Below, piece after piece: positions 20,449-29,283 of a DNA stretch of 52,610 nucleotides. Origin of the DNA: Myxococcota bacterium (lineage in GTDB: Bacteria; Myxococcota; XYA12-FULL-58-9; JABJBS01); NCBI GenBank assembly GCA_036339465.1, contig JAYZAY010000066.1:1-52610 (forward strand), given 5' to 3'. The notes beneath the pieces are model-generated. The model had not been told where the DNA came from and did no database searches. It saw only the letters and a list, made by a program, of their open reading frames with translations. How positions within the stretch are numbered: position 1 is the stretch's first letter; every line of letters starts with the position of its first letter. The position numbers were made by a program, and so were the translations under genes.

Positions 20449-22694
20449 AACCAACCGACCTCGAGAATCGCTGGCAGATTGTCTTTGGCAGTCCCTTTGA
20501 ACCATCATTGGGTATCGTTGCACTCGTCATTCTGACCCTGATGGTCATAGGATTCGGCTGGGAATCTCTGCAAAATTCCACCTCACGAAAACTCATTTAC
20601 CTGCGCCTGGGACTCGTAGCCATTCTCGCTATCACCATTCTCCAACCAACCCTAGAACTACAAAAAGTTCGGCGCACACCCTCACAAGTGGCAATCATCA
20701 TCGACCATTCCAAAAGTATGAACCTCCCAAAATCCGGCAAAAGCCGTCTGGAATTCACCCAAGATTTCCTTGGGCAATCCACAAAGCAAATGCAGACGTT
20801 GTCAAAAAAACATGGTCTCTATTTCTTCGATTTAAACGGTCCCATCGCCGACACGACCAAATTAAACGATACCCCAAACAGCACCAACCTCAAAGAAGCC
20901 CTTAAACAAACCAAGGAAATATCAAATCTATCCAATCTCGCAGGCATCGTTGTCTTCTCCGATGGTGCGGACACAATTTTTCGGGACGGACAACCGTTGG
21001 AAAAGCGACTTGAAAATTATCTCGAGGATATTCCCGTCAATCCCCCGATCAACACCGTCCTCACCACCACGCAAAAGACCATGAGGGATCTTAGCATCGT
21101 CAATGTGTCCGCTGCAGAACTGGGCTTTATTCATAATACAATGAATTTTGAGGTTGAGGTTGCTCACGTCGGTTTTAACAACCACATATTAGAAGTCCGC
21201 CTCTACCAAAATAACCAATTTATTAGCGCTCAATCCATCCAGCTCGATCAAGCTCCTTCTCAAAAACTCACCTTCCAACACAAACCAGAAAAAATTGGAG
21301 AATTTGTTTATCATCTTGAGATAAGCCCTGCTCCCAATGAAATCATTCTGTCGAACAATCGTTGGGCCTCTATCGTTAAGATCATCCGCGACAAAATCCG
21401 AGTTCTCCATGTTGCTGGTAGACCAAGTTGGGATGAGCGTTTTCTCCGTCAAACATTAAAGTCCAACACCAATATTGACCTTATCTCGTTTTTTATTCTC
21501 AGGACGCCTGGCGACCATCCTCGCGCATCCGAAAATGAACTTTCCCTCATCCCCTTTCCCACCAACAAAATCTTCGACACCGAATTAAACTCCTTTGATG
21601 TCATTATTTTACAAAATTTCGATTATCGACCCTACCGAATGGTGCGGTACCTCAAGAATATCCAAAGGGAAGTAGAAAAAGGATTGAGTTTCGTGATGGT
21701 TGGGGGCCCTCAAGCCTTCACCCTAGGAGGCTACCCCAAAACACCCATCGAACAGATCCTACCCACACAATTGGGGTCAAGCCGTTACCAAAGAGCTCCG
21801 AACCCACCGAAATTCACCCCTGCCGGTCACCAACACCCCGTGTTTCGAGGTTCTCGTTTAACGCAGTATCCCTCCAAAAACCTTCCTCACCTCAGCAAAA
21901 TAAACGAACTTGGAACTATCAATTCGGGCAGTACCGCCTTGATCATCGTCCCCAACAGGGACGGAAAAGAGTTACCCTTGGTAGCCGTTCGGGAATATGG
22001 TTTAGGACGTACCATGAGCATTGCCACCGACCAACTGTGGCGCTGGTCATTTGCACCCACTTCAGCTTCAAAATCGAGTGATAGTATCTACCAACACTTT
22101 TGGAAAAACACCCTTAGATGGTTGGTACGCGATCCCGCACAAAGCAGAATTCAAATTATACCTTCCCCCCGAAGAGCCGAAAACACAGGTTCCATTAATA
22201 TCGAAATATCCGTTCGCGACCGCGATTATCTTCCGTTACAAAAACACCCCATCCAATTATCCCTTAACGATGTTAAGACACCCAATCAGGTCATTTGGGA
22301 GTCAACACTTCACTCTAACGAAGATGGCGTATTGTTAAAACAATTTGAGGACCTCCCCGAAGGTACTTATCAAATTAGTGCCCAAACCAATATTCCCAAC
22401 CTAGGCTCCGAAACACAAAGCACCGTTTTTATCAAAGAAGAAAACGTGGCCGAAGACCGCTCCCTTATCCCGAAACCCCTTGTGCTTCAAAAGCTCGCCG
22501 AAAGAACTGGGGGCCACTACTTCAAAAAGCCATCTTCCGATATGTGGGAACAACTGGCAACCAAATCAGAACAGGTCTACAGTATTGAAAAATCCCAACA
22601 CGTTCCCCTATGGGACAATGCTCTTATTCTTATTCTTTTTCTGACCCTAAGCAGCTCCGAATGGTTTCTGAGACGAAAATTCGGCTACGTTTAA
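20445..22694 (+). CDS. Membrane-anchored vWA + Ig-like + glutamine amidotransferase-like domain protein
   Basis: Two N-terminal TMs, MIDAS-like IDHSKSM and VFSDG, GATase-like MVGGPQAF, GLGRTMSIATDQLWRW, C-terminal TM EWFLRRK. GTG start overlaps the upstream TGA (GTGA). Confidence 0.75.
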   Translation: MKPTDLENRWQIVFGSPFEPSLGIVALVILTLMVIGFGWESLQNSTSRKLIYLRLGLVAILAITILQPTLELQKVRRTPSQVAIIIDHSKSMNLPKSGKSRLEFTQDFLGQSTKQMQTLSKKHGLYFFDLNGPIADTTKLNDTPNSTNLKEALKQTKEISNLSNLAGIVVFSDGADTIFRDGQPLEKRLENYLEDIPVNPPINTVLTTTQKTMRDLSIVNVSAAELGFIHNTMNFEVEVAHVGFNNHILEVRLYQNNQFISAQSIQLDQAPSQKLTFQHKPEKIGEFVYHLEISPAPNEIILSNNRWASIVKIIRDKIRVLHVAGRPSWDERFLRQTLKSNTNIDLISFFILRTPGDHPRASENELSLIPFPTNKIFDTELNSFDVIILQNFDYRPYRMVRYLKNIQREVEKGLSFVMVGGPQAFTLGGYPKTPIEQILPTQLGSSRYQRAPNPPKFTPAGHQHPVFRGSRLTQYPSKNLPHLSKINELGTINSGSTALIIVPNRDGKELPLVAVREYGLGRTMSIATDQLWRWSFAPTSASKSSDSIYQHFWKNTLRWLVRDPAQSRIQIIPSPRRAENTGSINIEISVRDRDYLPLQKHPIQLSLNDVKTPNQVIWESTLHSNEDGVLLKQFEDLPEGTYQISAQTNIPNLGSETQSTVFIKEENVAEDRSLIPKPLVLQKLAERTGGHYFKKPSSDMWEQLATKSEQVYSIEKSQHVPLWDNALILILFLTLSSSEWFLRRKFGYV

Positions 22695-22751
22695 ATAGCG
22701 ACCGTAAAAAATCCCCAAGCTATTGCCAGACTCTAAATCTCTGTGTAGCGC

Positions 22752-24152
22752 ATGCCCATGACACAAGCCCCTCAAATACAAGTCATCGGCGGTGGACTGG
22801 CAGGTTGTGAAGCCACTTGGCAATTGGCCCAAGCCGGACTTCGCGTCAACCTTAAAGAAATGAAGCCCATCAAACGCACCCCTGCCCAAACCTCCGATAA
22901 GCTCGCCGAACTGGTTTGCTCCAATTCGCTTAGATCTCAAAACCCCATGAATGCCGTGGGCCTCCTAAAAGAAGAAATGCTGCGATTGGACTCCCTGATC
23001 ATTCGAGCCGCTATAGCAAGCGCTGTTCCCGCTGGAGATGCACTTGCGGTCAATCGCATCGCGTTTAGCACCTCGGTCGAACAAGCACTCGACAACCATC
23101 CCCTGGTTACCCGAACCAATGAAGAGTGCTTGACGCTCCCCAAAGAAACCCCCACTATCGTGGCCACCGGTCCGCTCACCGCAGACGCCCTCGCCCGCGA
23201 CATCGCTCAAGCCACCGGACAAGAGCGGCTCTATTTTTACGACGCCGTCGCCCCGATTATTCATGGAGATAGCCTTAATCACGACATCATTTTTGCCGCA
23301 TCAAGATACGGCAAGGGCGACGGAGACGACTACCTCAACTGCCCTCTCAACAAAGAACAATACGAAACCTTTCTAGAAGCTCTTTTGGCCGGGGAATGCA
23401 TGCCCCTACACGAATTCGAAAAACCAAAATATTTCCAGGGCTGTATGCCTATCGAGGTTATTGCGGCCACCGGACCTGAAACCCTTCGATTTGGAAGCAT
23501 GAAACCCGTAGGGCTTCCGGACCCAAAAACGGGGAAAGAAACCTATGCTGTGGTTCAGCTGCGAAAAGAAGATGTGGAAGGCAGATGCTACAACATCGTA
23601 GGCTTCCAAACCAAACTAAAATATCCCGAACAAAAACGTATTTTCAGGATGATTCCGGGCCTGGAAAACGCCAATTTTGCTCGCCTGGGGGCCATTCATC
23701 GAAATACCTACCTCGACAGTCCCAACCTTCTCGACGAACGAATGCGACTCAAAACCCATCTCAACATCCGATTTGCAGGACAGATCACTGGGGTCGAAGG
23801 CTATGTTGAAAGTGCGGCCCACGGATTACTGACGGCCCGCTTTACGGCAGCCGATCTCTTGGGACAATCATTCGAAGCTCCCCCTAATAACACAGCCCTT
23901 GGAGCACTCCACGGACATGTTATCGGAAGAGATCGGCTCCCCAAACGTCCCCATGAGCCCCACAACGTTCATTGGGGAATGTTTCCTAATATCAAAGTTA
24001 AAGGCCCCAGAAAAAAACAGACAAAAAAAAGGCTACGCATAGAACAGGGAAAGGCCGCATTCGAAGATTGGGCCATTCAAGGGGCCATCACGCTCAAACC
24101 AGGGCACTGGGTCGATGCAAGTCTTGAAACCATGCGCCAGGAAGTAAATTAA
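22752..24152 (+). CDS. trmFO: Methylenetetrahydrofolate--tRNA-(uracil-5)-methyltransferase TrmFO
   Basis: GGGLAGCEA, ELVCSNSLR, GFQTKL, HRNTY, AGQITGVEGYVES. Confidence 0.97.
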   Translation: MPMTQAPQIQVIGGGLAGCEATWQLAQAGLRVNLKEMKPIKRTPAQTSDKLAELVCSNSLRSQNPMNAVGLLKEEMLRLDSLIIRAAIASAVPAGDALAVNRIAFSTSVEQALDNHPLVTRTNEECLTLPKETPTIVATGPLTADALARDIAQATGQERLYFYDAVAPIIHGDSLNHDIIFAASRYGKGDGDDYLNCPLNKEQYETFLEALLAGECMPLHEFEKPKYFQGCMPIEVIAATGPETLRFGSMKPVGLPDPKTGKETYAVVQLRKEDVEGRCYNIVGFQTKLKYPEQKRIFRMIPGLENANFARLGAIHRNTYLDSPNLLDERMRLKTHLNIRFAGQITGVEGYVESAAHGLLTARFTAADLLGQSFEAPPNNTALGALHGHVIGRDRLPKRPHEPHNVHWGMFPNIKVKGPRKKQTKKRLRIEQGKAAFEDWAIQGAITLKPGHWVDASLETMRQEVN

Positions 24153-24197
24153 GCGAATTTTTTGTTGAACATAAATTAATGCGGTACCCACTTAAGT

Positions 24198-25094
24198 ATG
24201 GACGCCATACTCGATAATTTCGAAAATTATCTAATGAAGGAAAGACGACTTTCCATCAACACCGCTAGAGCATACCTCGCCGATCTGCGAGGTCTTTACG
24301 ATTTTGCAAGATCCCGTTCAGAAATTGACCCTTACCAGTGGTCATCTGATCTGCTCCGGGCCTACCTCGCCTTCTGTCGTCGGGATCCGGCAAGCCCCAT
24401 AAAAGCAACAAGCATGGCCCGGAAACAAAGTGCATTCCGAGCCTTTTACAGTTGGTTGTTGAGAGATAGTCCCAACGGACACAATCCATCGAATCTCCTG
24501 GAAAGTCCTAAACTACCAAAAGCACTTCCTAAAGCACTTGATGTCGATAGTATTCTAGCCATGCTCCAGCCACCAGCGACAATGAACGTAAAGGCTCTTA
24601 GAGCCCATTCAGCTCTGACCCTCCTCTACGGAATGGGCCTACGCGTTCAAGAAGTCGCAGACCTTAAGCATAGCGACGTCGACCTCCTCAATCAAAGCGT
24701 GAGGGTCATAGGTAAAGGCGACAAAGAACGGCTGGTTCCGATCCCCGCCGGCTGCCTCTTAAGCCTCAAAGGCTACGCCCACACCCGCCCACAAAACGCG
24801 GAAGATTTTTTCATATTAGGAAGAAATGGCGGTTCCATATCGGTTCGCACCCTGGCGCGAATCGTATCCGCCGCGGCCAAAGAAGCCTTGGGCTTTCATG
24901 TGACCCCCCACCAACTGAGACACTCCTTTGCCACCCATCTTCTGGCGAGCGGTGCGAACCTGCGGGAGATTCAAAGTCTGCTCGGCCACACCAACCTGAG
25001 CACCACCCAACGTTACACCAAAGTTACCGTCGAACGAATGTTCGAAGCCTACGACAAAGCGCATCCACGTAATAACACCAAAAGCTTTGATTGA
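24198..25094 (+). CDS. xerC: Tyrosine recombinase XerC
   Basis: Catalytic set GLR, GKGDKER, HQLRHSFATH, LGH, TQRY; conserved trmFO-xerC-hslVU context. Confidence 0.88.
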   Translation: MDAILDNFENYLMKERRLSINTARAYLADLRGLYDFARSRSEIDPYQWSSDLLRAYLAFCRRDPASPIKATSMARKQSAFRAFYSWLLRDSPNGHNPSNLLESPKLPKALPKALDVDSILAMLQPPATMNVKALRAHSALTLLYGMGLRVQEVADLKHSDVDLLNQSVRVIGKGDKERLVPIPAGCLLSLKGYAHTRPQNAEDFFILGRNGGSISVRTLARIVSAAAKEALGFHVTPHQLRHSFATHLLASGANLREIQSLLGHTNLSTTQRYTKVTVERMFEAYDKAHPRNNTKSFD

Positions 25095-25119
25095 CAGGCA
25101 TGCATGCCGCGCTTATTTA
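25091..25119 (+). promoter_or_regulatory. Putative sigma70-type promoter for hslVU
   Basis: TTGACA-N17-TATTTA; the spacer contains the perfect palindrome GGCATGCATGCC. Confidence 0.45.
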
Positions 25120-25324
25120 GTACTGCAATGCACCATCTAGCTTCAAGCGCACCACTACCAATGGTCGAAAGGGTTGATCACCCTCGTTCAAGACTAGATT
25201 CACCCACCCTAAATCGGTTATATTTCGCAGCCGTCGGACTTATTTTATTAGGGGCGGTAAAAACTTCGATACTCCAACCCAAAAATTATTGGGCCCTTTC
25301 AGGGGAAATTAAGAGGAGTTAACC

Positions 25325-25861
25325 ATGGATAGCTTTCACGCGACCACCATACTCGCCGTCAAAAAAAACAATACAGTAAGCATGGCCGCTGATGGTCAGG
25401 TCACCCTCGGCAATTGTGTCGTCAAACACACCGCAACCAAATTGCGCAAACTCCACGACGGGCAAGTCGTCGCTGGATTCGCCGGGGCTACCGCCGATGC
25501 ATTCACACTCTTCGAAAAATTCGAAGAAAAGCTCAAAGATTATTCCGGAAATATATCGAGGGCCGCCGTGGAACTTGCCAAGGATTGGCGCACCGACCGC
25601 GTACTTCGCCGACTGGAGGCGATGTTATTGGTCGCAGACGTAAACCGCATTCTTTTGCTCTCAGGAACCGGCGATGTGCTCGAACCAGAACACGGCGTGG
25701 CTGCAATCGGTTCGGGCGGAAACTATGCCCTCTCTGCCGCACGGGCCTTAAGAGAGCATTCAACTCTTTCGACCAAAGAAATCGCCACCGAGGCCATGAA
25801 AATAGCTGCTAGCCTCTGCATTTATACAAACGACCAGCTGGTCTTCGAACATCTTGAATAG
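25325..25861 (+). CDS. hslV: ATP-dependent protease subunit HslV
   Basis: HATTILAV (catalytic Thr), [29 protein letters not shown] ribosome-binding site. Confidence 0.98.
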   Translation: MDSFHATTILAVKKNNTVSMAADGQVTLGNCVVKHTATKLRKLHDGQVVAGFAGATADAFTLFEKFEEKLKDYSGNISRAAVELAKDWRTDRVLRRLEAMLLVADVNRILLLSGTGDVLEPEHGVAAIGSGGNYALSAARALREHSTLSTKEIATEAMKIAASLCIYTNDQLVFEHLE

Positions 25862-25870
25862 GATTTCGTC

Positions 25871-27226
25871 ATGGAACGCTCGACTCAAAGTACCTTATCT
25901 TTCACACCTCGCGAGATTGTTGGAGAACTAGACCGCTATATCGTAGGTCAACAAGATGCTAAAAAGGCGGTCGCAGTCGCCCTGCGAAACCGGTGGCGTC
26001 GTCAGAGGGTCGCCCCTGAAATGCGCGACGAAATTGCGCCAAAAAATATCATTCTCATTGGATCTACAGGCGTCGGTAAAACGGAAATCGCGAGGCGCTT
26101 GGCCAAGCTGGCCAGAGCGCCTTTCGTTAAAGTGGAAGCCTCCAAGTTCACCGAAGTTGGTTACGTCGGACGCGATGTGGATTCAATGATTCGAGATCTC
26201 ATGGAAATCTCAGTACAGATGGTCCGAGCTGAAGAAAAAGAGAGGGTCATGGTACAAGCCAGAGCACTTGCCGAAGAAAGAGCCCTGGATCTGCTCTTAC
26301 CCCGACCCAGTTACGAAGATCCTGTTTCCGAGGAAGAGAATACGTCCAATAGCCGTGAACGGTTGCGGGAAATGCTCCGCAAAGGGGATATGAAAGAGCG
26401 ACAGGTAGAAATTGACGCTGAGGATAGGTCTATCCCCACCATGCAAATATTCTCCAACACCGGCATGGAAGAGATGGGCATGAATATCCAAGATATCATG
26501 GGCCAAATGATGGGACAGCGTAAAACTCGGAAGCGACGGGTAAAAGTTGACGAGGCGATTGACATCTTCGCCCTTGAAGAGGCCGCAAAACTTATTGACC
26601 AGGATTATGTCAATAAGGAAGCAATCTCGCGAGCAGAGAACTCCGGTATCGTGTTTCTAGACGAAATCGATAAAATCGCAAAGCGCGAAGGCGGTGGGGG
26701 TGTCGATGTTTCACGAGAAGGAGTCCAACGAGATATCCTCCCCATCGTCGAGGGCTCCACGGTCACCACTAAATACGGGCAAGTAAGGACCGACCACATT
26801 CTCTTCATCGCCGCCGGTGCCTTTCACGTCAGTAAACCAAGCGACCTCATTCCAGAACTTCAAGGTCGATTTCCAATCAGGGTCGAGCTGGAGTCCCTGG
26901 GTGAAGCTGAACTCCTCCGAATCCTGCAAGAACCCCAGAACGCCCTGCCTAAACAATACCATGAGCTTTTAGCCACAGAAAAAGTATCCCTGGATTTCCT
27001 AGACAGCGGCCTAGTAGCCATCGCCAAACTTGCCGCAGACGTAAATACCCGTGCAGAAAATATAGGCGCCCGGCGCCTACACACCATCATGGAAAGGCTG
27101 CTGGAAGATGTGTCCTTCAACGCACCCGAAAGACCTGGTACCTGCATTTCGGTTGATGGTCCATTCGTGGCAGAAACCCTCAACGAGCTCTATGAACGAG
27201 AGGACCTCAGTAAGTACATTCTTTAA
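25871..27226 (+). CDS. hslU: ATP-dependent protease ATPase subunit HslU
   Basis: [42 protein letters not shown]. Confidence 0.98.
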   Translation: MERSTQSTLSFTPREIVGELDRYIVGQQDAKKAVAVALRNRWRRQRVAPEMRDEIAPKNIILIGSTGVGKTEIARRLAKLARAPFVKVEASKFTEVGYVGRDVDSMIRDLMEISVQMVRAEEKERVMVQARALAEERALDLLLPRPSYEDPVSEEENTSNSRERLREMLRKGDMKERQVEIDAEDRSIPTMQIFSNTGMEEMGMNIQDIMGQMMGQRKTRKRRVKVDEAIDIFALEEAAKLIDQDYVNKEAISRAENSGIVFLDEIDKIAKREGGGGVDVSREGVQRDILPIVEGSTVTTKYGQVRTDHILFIAAGAFHVSKPSDLIPELQGRFPIRVELESLGEAELLRILQEPQNALPKQYHELLATEKVSLDFLDSGLVAIAKLAADVNTRAENIGARRLHTIMERLLEDVSFNAPERPGTCISVDGPFVAETLNELYEREDLSKYIL

Positions 27227-27337
27227 TCGAGTTCCTAGTGTTCGAATAGTTTCAGAGGCCTGCCTACAGCCTTCCATTGTTTATTTTCTTCTCTCGTTTT
27301 CGGGAACATCGTAGAAAGTCTTGATGGTGGACAAATT

Positions 27338-28534
27338 ATGAACCAGCTTGATTTCATTCAAAAAATGAAAAATTTTATGACGCCCAATTATGCGCCGGCG
27401 CCTTTCATCCTCACCCACGGCGAAGGCACCAAGGTATGGGACATGGGTGGGAAAGAATACCTAGACTTCACCTCCGGAATCGCAGTGAATTCCCTAGGAC
27501 ACGCCCATCCTAGAGTGGTTGAGGCGATCCGCGAGCAAACGGGGAGACTCTCCCATGTTAGTAACATGTTTCATCATGAGGGTTACCTAAAACTCTGTAA
27601 GAAGCTATGCGAATTGTCCTTCGGAGAAATGGTTTTCTTGTGTAATTCTGGAGCGGAAGCCACAGAGGCATCCATAAAACTGGCTAGAAAGTTCTTTCAT
27701 CGTCGTGGGGAAAATCGACCCAAACTCATTGCCTTCGAAGGTGGTTTCCACGGGCGCACCTACGGCGCCCTCAGCCTGACCCAAAGCCCGAAAGCCCGAG
27801 AGGGATTTGGCCCTTTCCTGCCCGATATCACCCATGTTTCCTACGATGATTTAGAGGCAGTCAGCAGAGCGATCGACCAAGAAACAGCTGCCGTTTTTAT
27901 TGAACCCATCCAGGGTAATACAGGCGTTCGTGTCCCGACCCCTGGCTTCTTCAAAGGACTCGAGGAACTCTGTCGCAAATCTGGTGTTTTGTTGGTGGCC
28001 GATGAAATTCAGACCGGTTGCGGTCGTACGGGACGATGGTTCGGTTACCAACACGAAGACGTGACTCCGGATATAATGCCTTTGGCTAAGGCTATGGGCG
28101 GTGGGCTTCCACTCGGAGCGGTCGTTACTTCGAAACCAATCGGTGAAGCGCTGGCGCTAGGCATTCATGGATCCACGTTTGGAGGCAATCCGTTGGCATG
28201 CGCCTCCGGACTCACAACCCTCGAAGTAATCGAGGACGAAAACCTCATCAGGCGGGCCGAGATGGCCGGTCGCGCTTTCATCAACGAGCTACGCGAAATC
28301 CAGAAATCCACAGAAATTATTTCAGCGGTAAGGGGCCGTGGCTTGATGATCGGACTCGAGCTAACCACGAAAGCTAAGCCAATCTTGGTCGCCTGTCGGG
28401 AATCTGGCTTATTGATAACTGTGGCTGGTCCCAAGGTCTTGCGGATTCTCCCCCCCCTTACGACCTCCGACCTCGAATTTACAAAAGCCCTAGAAATACT
28501 CAAGAAAGTGGTGAGTACCGCTCACGCAACGTAG
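27338..28534 (+). CDS. argD: Acetylornithine aminotransferase (class III PLP-dependent)
   Basis: GIAVNSLGH, NSGAEA, FHGRT, DEIQTG, LAK (PLP Lys), HGSTFGGNP. Confidence 0.8.
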   Translation: MNQLDFIQKMKNFMTPNYAPAPFILTHGEGTKVWDMGGKEYLDFTSGIAVNSLGHAHPRVVEAIREQTGRLSHVSNMFHHEGYLKLCKKLCELSFGEMVFLCNSGAEATEASIKLARKFFHRRGENRPKLIAFEGGFHGRTYGALSLTQSPKAREGFGPFLPDITHVSYDDLEAVSRAIDQETAAVFIEPIQGNTGVRVPTPGFFKGLEELCRKSGVLLVADEIQTGCGRTGRWFGYQHEDVTPDIMPLAKAMGGGLPLGAVVTSKPIGEALALGIHGSTFGGNPLACASGLTTLEVIEDENLIRRAEMAGRAFINELREIQKSTEIISAVRGRGLMIGLELTTKAKPILVACRESGLLITVAGPKVLRILPPLTTSDLEFTKALEILKKVVSTAHAT

Positions 28535-29157
28535 CTCCCATAAAGCTTGTTGATATAATAGGGATAAACATTTCGACGTGCGGTTAGGGGCAATGATTGT
28601 AATCTGCTTGCCGTAGCTTCGGCCGGTAGAAGTGTGACTGTCTTTCCTGCCAAATGGGCCCCCACCAAGTGGCAACCATACACACCGGAATCGTTGTTAA
28701 AACTACATCCGAAAAGCCGCCCTAAAAGTTCTCTAACGGGGTATACTTCGCAAGCACCATCAACCGCCAAGAGTGGGCATTTAAATTTTAGGCTGAGGGC
28801 CAATTCGTCGTGTGCCGCTTGAGCGCGAGGACGATTTGAACTTAGGGCATCGATGGTTTCTTTGTTGGCCTGATAGATCGCCAAGCCGTCATCGACCATT
28901 TCAGTACGACGTTCATCTTCGATATTTTTTTGAACCCAGTCCCAAACATAGAAGAATTCTAAGGGAGTGAGAAACACGCTCTCGTAGCAACAGTCCCCGC
29001 AACCCCGGTGGCAGGGTAAATTGAGGCCAACCGTGTTTTTAGCATTACGAGAATCCACATCATCGTAGATGGACTGAAGTTGTCGAAAAGCACTGGCTAA
29101 GTCAATTCCCATAGCCGTACCAACCTCGACAATATCAACTTTGGGCCACCTACTCAT
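28522..29157 (-). CDS. YkgJ-family (CxxxCxxCC) cysteine-cluster protein
   Basis: CHRGCGDCC and CPLL...ACEVYPVR. Confidence 0.75.
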   Translation of the reverse strand: MSRWPKVDIVEVGTAMGIDLASAFRQLQSIYDDVDSRNAKNTVGLNLPCHRGCGDCCYESVFLTPLEFFYVWDWVQKNIEDERRTEMVDDGLAIYQANKETIDALSSNRPRAQAAHDELALSLKFKCPLLAVDGACEVYPVRELLGRLFGCSFNNDSGVYGCHLVGAHLAGKTVTLLPAEATASRLQSLPLTARRNVYPYYINKLYGSYVA

Positions 29158-29202
29158 ATTTTAATCGTAACGAATCGCGTGGAAAGAGGGAATCCTAAAC
29201 GC

Positions 29203-29228
29203 AAAGAAGCCCCTCGAAAGGGGCTTCT
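29203..29228 (-). terminator. Intrinsic terminator of the barrel/protease unit
   Basis: Perfect 10-bp stem AGAAGCCCCT-TTCG-AGGGGCTTCT followed by TTGCGTTT, about 55 bp after the stop at 29284. Confidence 0.8.
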
Positions 29229-29283
29229 GAACTATTGAATTGATATTGATTATTAGTTTGGATTGGGGCTTGGTCCTATGGGA

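Noticed and set aside
24198..25094. Tyrosine recombinase as a mobile-element integrase
   Set aside because: Size and trmFO-xerC-hslVU context indicate housekeeping XerC; no att sites or cargo seen.
25117..25143. Possible CIRCE element (TTAGTACTG...) upstream of hslV
   Set aside because: Only a partial left arm; no GAGTGCTAA right arm at 9-bp spacing.
25104..25322. 72-aa ORF between xerC and hslV
   Set aside because: Its start lies inside the candidate promoter, with no RBS and no recognisable motif.
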